From the human T2T-CHM13v2.0 reference genome, Homo sapiens, in assembly GCF_009914755.1 (NCBI RefSeq), contig NC_060945.1: a stretch of 64,000 nucleotides of DNA; one strand, 5' to 3'. The position numbers and the translations under genes are program-made. The notes under the pieces were generated by a model. It saw nothing but the letters and a program-made list of their open reading frames with translations, was not told where the DNA came from and did no database searches. Below are positions 12,001-25,500 of the stretch, in pieces (within the stretch, counting starts at the first letter, position 1; every line of letters begins with the position of its first letter).

Positions 12001-15000
12001 ATCTCTTCTATTCTCCCCACTCCCTTACCTCCAACCCCCATGCTTCTCCATGATTAAATCGCCTCCCACCAGGCCCCATTTTTAACATTCCCCATTATAA
12101 TTCCACATGATTTTGGTAGGGATGCAGAGCCAAATCATATTATTCTGACCCTGGCCCCCGTATCTCATGTTCTTCTCACACTGCAAAATACAATGATGCC
12201 TTCTCTACAGTTTCCCAATCTCTTAACTCATTCCAGCATTTACTGAAATGTCCAAAGCCCAAAGTCTCTTCTGAGACAAGGCTGCAGTCCCTTCTGCCCC
12301 TGAGCCTCTGAAATACAAAGCAAGTTAACTACTTCCAAGGTACAATGATTTTACAGGCATTGGATAAGTATTCCCAGTCAAAAGGAAAAAATTTGCCAGA
12401 AAGAAGCACAAAACACAGTTGAGACTTACAAACACCATGCAAGTCAAAAACCCAGCAGGATAGTCATTGAATCTTACAGCTCCAAATCATTTTTTTTTAA
12501 ATCCAGATCCCACATCCAGAGCACTAGGGTATGAGGCCTGGGCTCCAAAGGCCTTGGGCAGCTCTGCACCTGTGGCTTTGCAAGGTCTAACCTCCACAGT
12601 GGCTCTCATGGGCTGGGCTAGTGTTGAGTACCTGCAGCTTTTCCACAATGAGGGTGCAAGCTGGTAGAGAGTCTATGAATCTGGCATTTGCAGAATGGTG
12701 CTACCCTGTATGGGAGTTCCAACCCTATATGTTCCTTCTGTACTGCCCTACTAAAGGAGGCTCTGCCTCTTGGAAAATTTTGACCTGGACACCCAGGTTT
12801 TTCCATATGTACTCTGGAGTCTAGAAAAAGGATCCCCAGCCTCCAGTTTTGTTCTCTGCACACCTGCTGGCTTAACACTATGTGGAAGCCACCAAAGCCT
12901 GCAGCTTGTGCCCCCTGAAGCAGTGACCCAAGCTGTACATGTGCATCTTTCAGCCATGGCTGGAGCTGGAGCTTCAGGAATGCAGCCAGCAGTGTCCTGA
13001 GGATGGACACAAGAGTGGGGCCATGGTGCTGGAGAAGGAAACCATTCTTTTCTCCCAGGCCTCAGGGCCTGTGATAGCAAGGGCTGCTACAAAAGTCTCT
13101 GAAATGCCTTCATGGCCTTTTTAACACTGTATTGGCTATTAGCACTCAACTCCATTTTATGCAAATTTCTGAAGACTTCTTGAACTTTCTCACTGACAAT
13201 CAGCTTTTCTTTTTGACCACTTGGCCAGGCTGCAAATTTTCCAAACTTTTAAATATGTTTCACCATGAGGTCATTTCTTTGGTCACATATAGGACCACAG
13301 GCTGTTCGACACAGACAGGACACCTCTTAAGCTTTGCTGCATAAAATTTCCTTCCAACAGATACAATCTAAATTATCACCCTGATGTTCAAAATTTCACA
13401 GGTCTCCAGGTTAAGGACATCGTGCCGCAACGTTCTTTGCTAAGGAAAAAACAAAAGTGACCTTGCCTCCTGTTCCCAGCAAGCTCCTCATTTTCATGTG
13501 AGACCTTCTAAGCCTGGTGATCACTGTCCATCCTTCTGTCACCTTTTTAATTACAACTATTTGACAAGTCTCTACACTGATCCAAACTTTTCCTCATCTT
13601 CCTGTCTTCTTCCAAGACCTCTAAACTCTCCAACCTCTGGCCATTACACACTTCTTAACCTGCTTCTACATTTTCAGCTACATGTGTCACAGCCTGGCAA
13701 TGTGGTAAAAGAAGAAAAGTCCATTTCAGGAGAAAAATTAATGCAGGCTTCAGACATTTCCCTGAAAAGAAGCTGAGTGCTGATCACCAATACAACAAGG
13801 AAAAGGTCTTGAAGGCATTTCATAGCTCCACTTCACAGCACTAATTTTCTGTATAATCAGAAAGAAAAGAGGTTGAACTGGCTCATGGTTCTGCAAGCTT
13901 TAAATAAATCATAGAGGTTTCTGCTTCTGGGAGGACTCAGGAAGCCTCCCAATCATACCAGAAGACCAAGCAGCAATGGGATGTTTTATATGGCAGAAGT
14001 AGAAACAAGACAGAGAGAGGAAAAAGCTGCCACATGTTGTATAAACCTGTTATACAAGCAGATTTCCTGAGAACTCACTATCACAAGGTCAGCATCAAGA
14101 AGATGTTGCTTAAACACTGGTGAAAGATCTGCCCCCTACCACCCCTCCCCCCACTGTTTCCAGGCAGAAGCCTGAGGCAGAGGCAGAGCCACTAGGAAAA
14201 CCTCTACTAGGGCAGTGCAGAAAAAATATATGGGCTTGTAGGCCCCACACAGGAGGTTACCATCCTCCAGACCCAAGATTCATAGACCCACCAGCAGCTT
14301 GCACTCTCAGTATGGAAAAGCCACAGGCACTCAACACCAGCCCAGCCCATGGGAGCAAACACGGGGGCTAAAGCCTGCAAAGCCACAGGTGCACTGCCCT
14401 GGTATAGAGGTTTTCCATGAGGCTCTGCCTCTGCAGCAGGCTACTCCCCCTTTCTACTGCCCACCACCCTCTCACCACCCTACTGCCAGCCTATTTCTCC
14501 CCACCCTACACACTTGTTTCTCTTCCACCCCTACCACTCTGCCGTTTGTGGTTAAATCACATCCCACTAGGCCCCACCTACAACAGTCAGGAATACAATT
14601 CCCCATGAGTTTTTGTAGGGAAACACAGCCAAACCATATTATTCTGATCCTGACACCCCCACATCTCATATCCTTCTCACACAGAAAAATACAAACAGGC
14701 CTTTTCAAGAGTTTCCAAAAGTCTTAACTCACTCCAGCAGTAACTCAAATGTAGTAAGTTCAAATCTCAACCAACAGAAGGCTGCAATCTCTTCTGCCTA
14801 TGAGTCCCTGAATGTAAAAGACAATTCTTTTCTTTCAAGTTATAATGATGGCACAGGCACTGGGTAAGCTTTCTCAAACCAAAGGGAAGATTTTCCCAGA
14901 AAAAATAACACAATTGGTACACAGGCCCAATCCGAGTCCAAAACCCAGCAGGACAGCATTCATTTATCATGAGAACTCACTATCACACAGACTGCATTAA

Positions 15001-18000
15001 GGAGATAGTATTTAACCATTTGTGAAGGATTTGCCACCCATCCCCATGTTTTGCCCTCACCCACACCATGAACCTCCATTCTCCCACATCCCACATCCCC
15101 CTTCCAACCCCCATTCCCTACCATGATTAAATCACCTTCTACCAAGCCCCACATTTAACATTCCCCATTACAATTCCACATAAGTTTTGGTAGGGACACA
15201 GAGCCAAATCATATTATTCTTCCTTTGGCCCCCCCAATCTCATGTCTTTCTCATACTGCAAAATACAATGATGCATTCTCTACAGTCCCCCAATGTCTGA
15301 AATCATTCCAGCATTTACTCAAATGTCCATTTGTGAAGGATCCGCCCCCACCCCTGCCTTTCACCCCCAACCCCACCACAATCCCAACCCTCACCACCCC
15401 CCAATCCCCCACCTCCCCACCACCACAATCCCCCCAACCCTCCCCGTCCCACAATCGCCCCAACCCTCCCAACCATCCAACCTCCACTCTCCACCAGGAT
15501 TAAATCACCTTCCACCAGCCCCCACCTTTAACATTTCCCATTAAAATTCCACATGAGTTTTGGTAGAGACACAGAGCCAAAACATATTATTTTGTCCCTG
15601 GTCCCCCAAAGTTCATGTCTTTCTCACATTGCAAAATGCAATGATGCCTTCCCTAGAGTCCCCCAAGTCTTAACTCATCCCAACATTTACTCAAATATCC
15701 AAAGCCCAAAGTCTCTTCTGAGACAAGGCTGCCGGATCTTTTGCCCCGAGCCTCTGAAATACAAAGCAAGTTAACCACTTCCAAGGTGCAATGATTGTAC
15801 AGGCTTTGGGTAAGCATTCCCAGCCAAAAAGAAGAAATTTGCCAGAAAGAAGCACAAAACACAGATGGGACTTAAAACTCCCTGCAAGTCAAAAACCCAG
15901 CAGGCCAGTCATTCCATCATACAGCTCCAAATCATCTTTTTGGAATCTATGTCCACATCCAGAGCACAGGGTGGTGTGACAGCTGGGATCCCAAGGCCTT
16001 GGGCAGCTCTGCACCTGTGGCATTGCAGAATCTTTCCCCTACAGCTGCCCTCATTGGCTAGGCTGGTGTTGAGTGCCTGTAGCTTTTCAACACTAAGGGT
16101 GCAAGCAGTTGGTGGGTCTATGAAACTGGGGCCTGGAAAATTGTGCCCCCCTGTATGGGGACTCCAACCCTATACTCTCCTTGTGTACTGCCCCAGTAGA
16201 GGTTTACCATGATGCTCTGCCTCTTGGAAAAGCTTCTGGTTGGACAATCAGGCTTTCTGATACATGCTCTGGAGTCTAGATGAAGGCTCAGAAGCTTCTA
16301 GACCTTGCTTTGTGCACCTGCTGGCTTAACACCATGTGGAGGCCACCAAGTCTATGAGCTTGCATCCTCTGAAGCAGTGACACAAGCTGTACCTGTGCAT
16401 CTTTCATCCATGGCTGGAGCTGGAGATGGAGCTGCAGGGATGCAGGCAGCAGTGTCCTGAGGCTGCACACAGCAGTGGAGCCATGGGGCTGGCCCAGGAA
16501 ACCATCCTTTTCTCCTAGGCCCCAGGGCCAGTGACAGCAAGGGCTGCTACAAAAGTCTCTGAAATGCCTTCAAGGCCTTTTTCCCATTATCTTGAATTAT
16601 TAGCACTCGGCTCCTTTTTATGCAAATATCTGAAGCCTTCTTGACTTTCCCCCTGAAAATCAGCTTTTCTTTCTGACCACTTGTGGAGATTACAAATTTT
16701 CCATATGTTTAAGCTCTGCTTCTCATTTAAATATAAGTTCCAACTTATAGTCATTTCTTTGACCACACATAGGTGCACAGGGTGTTCAATGTAGGTAGGA
16801 GAACTCTTGAGCATTGTTGCTTAGAAGTTCATTCCACCAGATACACTCTAAATCATCACCCTCAAGTTCAGTTTCACAGATCTCCTGGGAAGGATCAATG
16901 TGTAGTCAATTACTTTGCTAAAGCAAAACAAAAAACCTTGGCTCCTGTTCCCAGTAAGTCCTTCATTTTCACCTGACATCTTGTAAGCCTGGCCTTCACT
17001 GTCCATCCTTATGTTAGCCTTTTAATCACAACTATTTAACAAGTCTCTGCAATGGTCCAAACTTTCCCTCATCTTCCTGTCTTCTTCCAAGCTCTCCGAA
17101 CTCTCTAACCTCTGGCCATTACCTAATTCAGAACCTGCTTCTACACTGTCAGCTATCTTTTTCGCAGCCTGGCAATGTGGTAAAAGAAGAAAAGACCATT
17201 ATCAGGGGGAAACATCAAGAAGGCCTCCAATATCTGCATTGAAAAAAGCTCAGTGCTAATAGCCAAGAGATTGGGGGAAAGGCCTAGAAGTCATTTCATA
17301 GCTTCACTTCACAGCATTAATTTTCTGTATCTACATAAAGAAAAGAGGCTTAGTTGACTCACAGTTCTTCAGGCTTTAAAGAAAGCACAGTGGTTTCTGC
17401 TTGTAGGAGGACTCAGGAAGCCTCCCAATCATACCAGAAGGCCAAGCGGCAATGAAATGTTTCATATGGCAGGAGTAGAAGCAAGACAGAGAGAGGAAAG
17501 AGGTGCAACATCCTCTTATACAACTAGATCTCATGAGAGCTCACTATCAGGAGATCAGCATCAAGAAGATGGTGCTTCACTGTTGGTGAAGGATCCGCCC
17601 ACCACCCCATATCCACCACCCACTGTTTCCAAGCAGAAGCCTGAGACAGAGGCAGATCCTCTTGGAAAACCTCTACTATGGCTGTTTAGAAGAAAACTAT
17701 GAGCTTGGAGCCCCCATGGAGGATACCACCATCCTCCAGACCCCAGACCCATAGATCCATCAACAGCTCACACCCCATGTACGGAAAAGCTACAGGCACT
17801 CAACACCAGCCCAGCCCATGAGAGCAGCTACAGGTGCTAAACCCTGCAAAGCCCCAGGTGCACTGCCTTAGTAGAGTTTTTCCATGAGCCTCTGCCTCTG
17901 TGGCAGGCTACTCCCATCCTGCTACACACCACCCTACAGCCATCCTACTCCTCCCCACTTTACCCACCTGTTTTTACGTCCAATCCAACCCCTCTCCCAT

Positions 18001-19560
18001 TCATGAATAAATCACCTCCCACAAGGCCCCACATGCAAAATTCGGGATTACAATTACATGTGAGTTTAGGTAGGGACACACAGCTAAACCATATTATTCT
18101 GACCCTGATCCCCCGAATATCATATCCTTCTCACAGAGTAAAATACAATCAGGCCTTTTCAAAAGTTGTCGAAAGTCTTAAGTCATTGCAGCATTAAGTC
18201 AAATGTAAAAAGTTCAACGTCTCACCTGAGAAAAGGCTACAGTCCCTTTTGCCTATAAGTTCCTGAATTTAAAAGGGATTTATTTTCTTTCAAGGTACAA
18301 AGATGGTACAGGCATTGGGTAAGTTTTCTCAATCCAAAGGGAAGAGGTTTGCCAGGAAAATAACACAAATTGGATCACAGGGCCAATGCAAGTCCAAAAC
18401 CCAGGAGACCACTATCCATTCAATCTCACTGCTCCAAAACCATCACGAGAACTCACCATCATGAAGAAAGGATTAAGGAGATGGTGTTTAACCGTTTGTG
18501 AAGGATCCTCCCCCACCCCCACTTTTCACCCCTCACCCCCACCATAATCCACCCATTCTCCCCAATCCCCACCTTCCAATACCCAGTGCCCTCCACGATT
18601 AAATCACCTTCTACCTGGCCCCACTTTTAACTTTTCTGATTACAATTCCATATGAGTTTCCATAGGGACACACAGCCAAATCTTATTATTCTGTCCCTGC
18701 CCCACAAATCTCACATCCTTCTCACTTTGCAAAATACAATGATGCCTTACTTACAATTCCCCAAGCTACTGTGCTTTTTTTTTACAGCCTGTAGAACCAT
18801 GAGTCAATTAAACCTTTTTGTTATGATCATACAGAAAATTAGTATTGTGAAGTGAAGCTATGAAATGCCTTCAATGACTATTCCCCATCATCTTGGTTAA
18901 GACCCCCAAGGTCTTAACCATTCTAGCATTTAGTCAAATGTCTGAAGCCCAAAGTCTCATCTGAGACAAAGATGCAGTCCCTTCTCCTCCTGAGCCTCTG
19001 AAATACAAAGCAAGTTAACTGCTTCCAAGGTATGATTGTCCAGACATTGAGTAAGAATTCCCAACCAAAAGGAAGATTTTTGCCAGAGAGAAGAACAAAA
19101 CACAAACGAGACTTACAGGTCCCATGAAAATCCAAAACCCAGCAGGCCAGTTATTCAAACCTACAGCTCCAAAGTCATCCTTTTTCAATCCTTGTCCCAT
19201 CTCCAGGGCACAAGGGTATGAGGGCTGGGTTCCCAAGGCCTTGGGCAGCTCTCTACCTGTGGCTTTGCAGTGTTCAGTCCCCACAGCTGCCCTCATGGGC
19301 TGTGCTGGTGTTGACTGACTGTAGTTTTTACCCACAGACAGTACAAAGTTCTTGGTGGGTCTATGAATCTGGGGTCTGCATGATGCTGGCCTCCATTGTG
19401 GGGGCTCCAAGCCCATATTTTCCTTCTGCACTGCCCTAGTAGAGGTTTCCCAGGAGGCTCTGCTTTTTGGCTCCTTCTGTCTGGACTCCCAGGTATTTTC
19501 ATACGTCTTCTGAAATCTATATGAAGGCTCCGAAGCCTCTGGGCTAGTGCTCTGTGCACT
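1..19560. repeat. Higher-order repeat copy 1 (six monomers A-F, 19,560 bp)
   Basis: Sequence at 1 realigns at 19561. ORF-track duplicates are offset by 19,560 (275 vs 19835), 19,559 (1001 vs 20560) and 19,543 (8239 vs 27782; 9409 vs 28952). Confidence 0.92.
7963..8510 (+). mobile_element. ERV1-class solo LTR (LTR6-like, HERV-S71/T group) inserted in monomer C
   Basis: 548 bp with TG...CA termini (tgtgataccc...ggttaca), TATAAAA at 8378, AATAAA at 8450, and ACCCTTT on both sides; absent from the other monomer types. Family name from recollection of the consensus. Confidence 0.8.
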
Positions 19561-22500
19561 CGCGGGCTTAACACTATGTGGAAGCCATGAAGCCTTATAG
19601 CCTGTACCCTCTGAAGCAGTGATGCAATCTGTACCGGTGCATCTTTCAGCCAAGTTTGGAACAGGAGCCGGGGCTGCCAGGATGCAGGCAGCAGTGTCCT
19701 GAGGCTGCAAACAGCAGCAGGGTCATGGGGCTGGCCCAGGAAACCATTCTTCTCTCCTAGGCCCCAGGGCCTGTGACAGCAAGGGCTGCTGCAAACATCT
19801 CTGAAATGCCTCCAAGACTTTTTCCCCCATTGTCTTGGCTATTAGCACTGGCCTCCATTTTATGCAAGTTTCTGGAGCCTTCATGAATTTTCCCCCTGAA
19901 AATCAGCTTTTCTTTTTGACCACTTGGCCAGGCTGCGGATATTCCAAACTTTTGAGCTCTGCTTGTCATTTAAATATAAGTTCCAACTTGAGGTCATTTC
20001 CTCGGTCACACATAACCTCGGTCACACATGAAAGCACAGGCTGTTTGATGCAGACATGCCCCCACCCTTGTGCTATGCTGCCTAGAAATTTATTCCACCA
20101 GATATGCACTAAATCATCACCCTAGAGTTCAAAATTTCACAGATCTTGAGGGCAAGGTCGCCCTGCAGCCATGTTCTTTGCTACAGCAAAACAAAAGCTA
20201 ACCTTGGCTCCCGTTCCCAGTAAGATCCTCATTTTCATCTGAGACCTTGTAAGCCTGGCCTTCACTGTCCATCCTTCTGCCAGCCTTTTAATCACAACTA
20301 TTTAACAAGTGCCTACAATGGTCCAAACTTTCCTTCATCTCTCTGTCTTCTTTCAAGATCTCCAAACTCTCCAACCTCTGGCTGTTACCCACTTCCGAAC
20401 CTGCTTTACATTTTCAGCTATCTTTGTTGCAGCCTGGCAATGCAGAAGAAAAAGAAGTCCATTTTCAGGGGGAAACTTCAAGAAGCCTTCAGATATTTGC
20501 ATTAAAAAGAAGTCCAGTGCTAATAGCCAAGACGATGGGGAAATGTCATTGAAGATATTTCATAGCTCCACTTCGCAGTACTTTATTTTCTGTATGATCA
20601 TAATGAAAAGGGGTTTAATTGGCTCATGGTTCTGCAGGCTGTAAAGAAAGCATAGTGACTTCTGCTTCTGGGAGGACTCAGGAAGCCTCCCAATCATACC
20701 GGTAGGAAAACAGCAATGAAATATTTCATACAGCAGGAGTAGGAGCAAGGCTGAGAGAGGAAAGAGGTGCCACACCATCCTGTAACCAGATCTCATGAGA
20801 ACTCACTATCACTAGGTCAGCATCAAGAAGATGGTGCTTAACCATTGGTGAAGGATGCGCCCCCCAACACAGTTCCACCCCCTACCGTTCCAGACAGAAA
20901 CCTGCTGCAGAGGCAGAGGCTCTTGGAAATCCTGTACTATGGCAGTGCAGAAGGAAAATAAGGGCTTTGAGTGACTATGCAGGAGGCCTCCAGCCTCTAG
21001 ACCCCAGATTCATAGACATACCAACAGTTCACAACCTCAGTATGGAAAAGTGATAGGCACTCAACACCAGCCCAGCCCATGAGAGCAGCCATGGGGGCTG
21101 AAGCCTGCAAAGCCACAGGCGCACTGCCCTGGTAGAGGTTTTCCATGAGCCGCTGACTCTGCGGCAGGCTACTCCCCCTTCCTACTACCCACCACCCTCC
21201 CACCACCCTACAGCCAGCCTACTCTTCCCCACCCTACCCACCCCTTTTTTCTTCCACCCCTACCCCTCCCATGCATGATAAAATAATCTCACAGCAGGCC
21301 CCAACTCCAACATTTTGGATTACAATTCCACATGAGTTTTTCCAGGGGCACATAGCCAAATCATATTATGCTGACCTTGACCCCCCAAATCTCATGTCCT
21401 TCTCACAGAATAAAATACAATCGTGTCTTTTCAAAGTTTCCAAAAGCCTTAACTCATTCCCGCATTAACTCAAATGTAAAAAGTTCAAAGTCTCATCTGA
21501 GACAAGGCTACAATCTCTTCTGCCTATGAGTCCCTGAAGTTAAAAGGGTGTTCGTTTCTTTCAAGGTACAATGATGGTACAGGTATTGGGTAAGCTTTCT
21601 CAATCCAAAGGGAAGAAATTTCCAAGAAAAATAACACAAATGGGACCACAGGCCCAATGGACATCCAAAATCCCGCAGGTCAGTGTTCATTCAGTCTCAC
21701 AGCTCCAAAATCATGAAGAGAACTCACTATCAGAAGGACGGCATTAAGGAGATGGTGTTTAACAATTTGTGAAGGATGCACCCCCGTCCCTGCCTTACAC
21801 CCCCAACCCCACCATAATCCCCTCCAACCCTCCTCACCACCCAATCCCCCCCAACCCTCCCCAACCCCCAGCCATCCAACCTGCACTCTCCGTCATGAAT
21901 AAATCATCTTCCACCAGCCCCCACCTTTAACATTTCCCATTAACATTCCACAAGAGCTTTGGTAGAGACAGAGAGCCAAATCATATTACTCTGTCCTGGG
22001 TTGCCCAAAGTTCATGTCTTTCTCACATTGCAAAATGCAATGATGCCTTCCCTAGAGTCTCTCAAATCTTAACTCATTCCAGCATTTATTCAAGTGCCCA
22101 AAGCCCAGAGTCTTATCTGAGACAAGTCTACACTCCCTTCTGCCCATGAGCCACTGAATTATATATAAAGGAAGTTTACTACTTCCAAGGAGCAATCATT
22201 ACACAGGTGTTGGGTAAGCATTCCCAGCCAAAAGGAAAAAAATTGCCAGAAAGAAGCTCAAAACACAGATGGGACTTACAGACCCCATGCAAGTCAAAAA
22301 CCCAGCAGGCCAGTCATTGAATCCTACAGCTCCCAAATCATCTTTTGTGAATCTATACCCCACATCTGGAGCACAGGGGTGGATGGCTGTGCTCCCAAGA
22401 CCTTCAGCAGCTCAGCATCTCTGGCTGTGCAGGGTATATCCCCCACAGGTGCCCTCATGGGCTGGGTTGGTGTTGAGTGCCTTTGACTTTTCCACACTGA

Positions 22501-25500
22501 GGGTGCCAGCAGTTGGTGCATCTATGAATCTGGGGTCTGGAAAATGGTGCATTCCTGTGTGGGGGCCCCAACCCTATATGTTCCTTCTGTACTGCCCTAG
22601 TAAAGGTTTCCCATGAGGCTCAGCGTCTTGGAAAAGCTTCTGTCTCAACACCCAGGTTTTCCCGTACATACTCTGGAGTCTACACAAAGGCTCCCAAGCC
22701 TCTATTTTTGGCTCTGTGCACCTGCTGGCTTAGTACTATGTGGAAGCCACCAAGGTTTGAAGCTTGCACCCCTGAAGCAGTGATGCAAGCTGTACCTGTG
22801 CATCTTTGAGCCATGGCTGGAGCTGGAGCTGGGGCTGCAGGGATGCAGGCAGCAGTGTCCTGAGGATGGACACAGCAGCGTGACCATGGGACTGACCCAG
22901 GAAAGGATTCTTCAGTCCTAGAACTCAGGAACTGTGACAGCAAGCTCTGCTGCAAAGGTCTCTGAAATGACTTCAAGGCCTTTTAGACATTGTCTTAGCT
23001 ATTAGCACTGGGCTCCATTTTATGCAAATTTCGGAAGCCTTCTTGAATTTTCCCACTGAAAATCAGCTTTTCTTTTTGACCACATGGCCAGGCTGCAGAT
23101 TTTCCAAACTTTTAAGCCCTGCTTCTCATTTAAATATAAGTTTCAATTTGAGGTCATTTATTCAGTCACAGAGAAGACCACAGGCTGTTCAAAAGAGACA
23201 AGACACCTCTTGAGCTTTGCTGCCTACTTCATTTCACCAGATATACCCTAAATCATCACACTCAAGTTCAAAGTTTCAGAGGTCTCCAGGGCAGGGACAC
23301 CATCCAGCCAAGTTCTTTGCTAAGGCAAAACAAAAGTAACCTTGACTCCTGTTCCCAGTAAGTTGCTCATTTTCATCTGAGACCTTCTAAGCCTGGCCTT
23401 CACTGTCCATCCTTCAGTCACTCTTTTAATTATAGCTATGTAACAAGTCTCTATGGTCACCCTTTTAATTTAACACGTCTCTACAATACTCCAAATTTTC
23501 CCTCATCTTTCTGTCTTCTTCCAAGACCCCCAAACTGTGCAGCGTCCGGTGATTACCCACTTCTGAACCTACTTCTACATTTTCAGCCACCGTTGTGGCA
23601 GCCTGGCAATGTGGTGAAAGGAGAAAAGTCCATTTTCAGGGGGAAAATTCAAGAAGGCTTCATATATTTCCATATAAAAGAAGCCAAATGCTAATGGTAA
23701 AAAAAAAAAGGGGGGGGGGGGAAACCTTGAGGGCATTTCATAGCTCCAGTCTACAGTACAAATTTTCTGTAATATTATTTTTTAAAGAGGTTTAATTGGC
23801 TCATGGTTTTGCAGGATGTAAAGGCAGCAAGTGGTTTCTGCTTCTGGGAGGACTCAGGGAGCCTCCCAATCATACCAAAAGGCCAAGTGACAATGAGATG
23901 TTCCATATGGCAGGAGTAGGAAGAAGACACAGAGAGGAAAGAGGTGCCACACCAGGTTATACAACCAGATCTCATGAGAACTCACTATCAGGAGATCAGC
24001 ATCAGGAAGATTAACCAATGGTGAAGAATCCACCCACACCACCGCCTACTGTTTCCAGGCAGAAGCCTCCTGCAGAGGCAGAATCTCCTGGAGAACCTCT
24101 ACAAGTGCAGTGCAGAAGGAAAATATGGGCTTGGAGCTCCCACACAGGAGGCCACCATCCTCCAGACTGCAGATTCATAGACCCACCAACAGCTTGCACT
24201 CTCTGCATGGAAAAGCTACAGGCACTCAACACCAGCCCAGCCCATGAGAGCAGCCATGGGGGCTACACCCTGCAAAACCACAGGTGCACTGCCCTAGTAG
24301 AGACTTTCCATGAGCCTCTGCCTCTGCAGCAGGCTACTCCCACTTCCTGCTACCCACCACCCTCTCACCACCCTACTAACAACATACTCCTCACCCTACC
24401 CACCCCTTTTCTTTCCACCCCCGGCCCCCTCCCATCCATGATTAAATCACCTCCAGCCAGGCCCCACCTCCAACATTAAAGATTACAATTCACATGCGTT
24501 TTGGTAAAGAAACACAGCCAAATCATATTATTCTGACTCTGATCCCCACAGTCTCATGTCCTTCTCACAGAGCAAAATATATTCATGCCTTTTCAAAAGT
24601 TTCCAAAAGTCTTAAATCATTCCAACATTAACTCAAATGTAAGAAAATCAACATCTCCTCTGAGACAAGTCTACAGTACCTTTTGCCTATGAGTCCCTGA
24701 ATTTAAAAGGATGTTCTTTTCTTTCAAGGTACAATAATGGTACAGGCTTTGGGTAAGCTTTTTCAATCCAAAGGGAAGAAATTTCCCAGGAAGAAAACAC
24801 AAATGGGACCACAGGCCCAGTACACGTCCAAAACCCAGAAGGCCGGTATCCATTCAATCTTACAGCTCCAAAATCATGAAGAGAACTCACTATCAAAAGG
24901 ACAGCAATAAGGAGATTGTTTAATCATCTGTGAAGGATCTGCCCCCCAACCCCCAATTTTCACTCCTCACCCGCACCATAAATCCCCCATTCTCCCTACG
25001 CCCCATCTTCCAACCCACACTCTCCACCGTGATTAAATCACCTTCCACCAGGCCCCACCTTTAACATTCCGAGGACAATACCACTTGAGTTTTGGTAGAG
25101 ACACAGAGCTGAATTTTATTTTTCTGTCCCTGGCTCCCCAAATCACATGTCCTTCTCACATTGCAAAATACAATGATGCCTTCCCTACAGTCTCCTAAAA
25201 TCTTATGCCATTATAGCATTTATACACATGTTCAAAGCTTAAAGTCTCATCTGGCACAAGGCTACAGTTGCTTAGACCCATGAGCCTCTGAAATATAAAG
25301 CAAGTTAACTAATTCCAAGGTACAGTGCTTGTACAGGCATTGGGTAAGCATTCCCAGCCAAAAGAAAGAATTTTGCCAGAAAAAAACAAAACACAGACAG
25401 GACTTACTGGCCACATGAAACTCCTAACCCAGAAGGCCAGTCATTCAATCCTACAGCTGCAAAATCACCCTTTTTGAAACCCTGTCCCACATCCAGGGCA

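Noticed and set aside
19015-19710. 231-aa minus-strand ORF and the many similar ORFs across the array
   Set aside because: These are translations of decayed MaLR internal sequence. Equivalent segments in other monomers are broken or frameshifted, so there is no sign of coding constraint.
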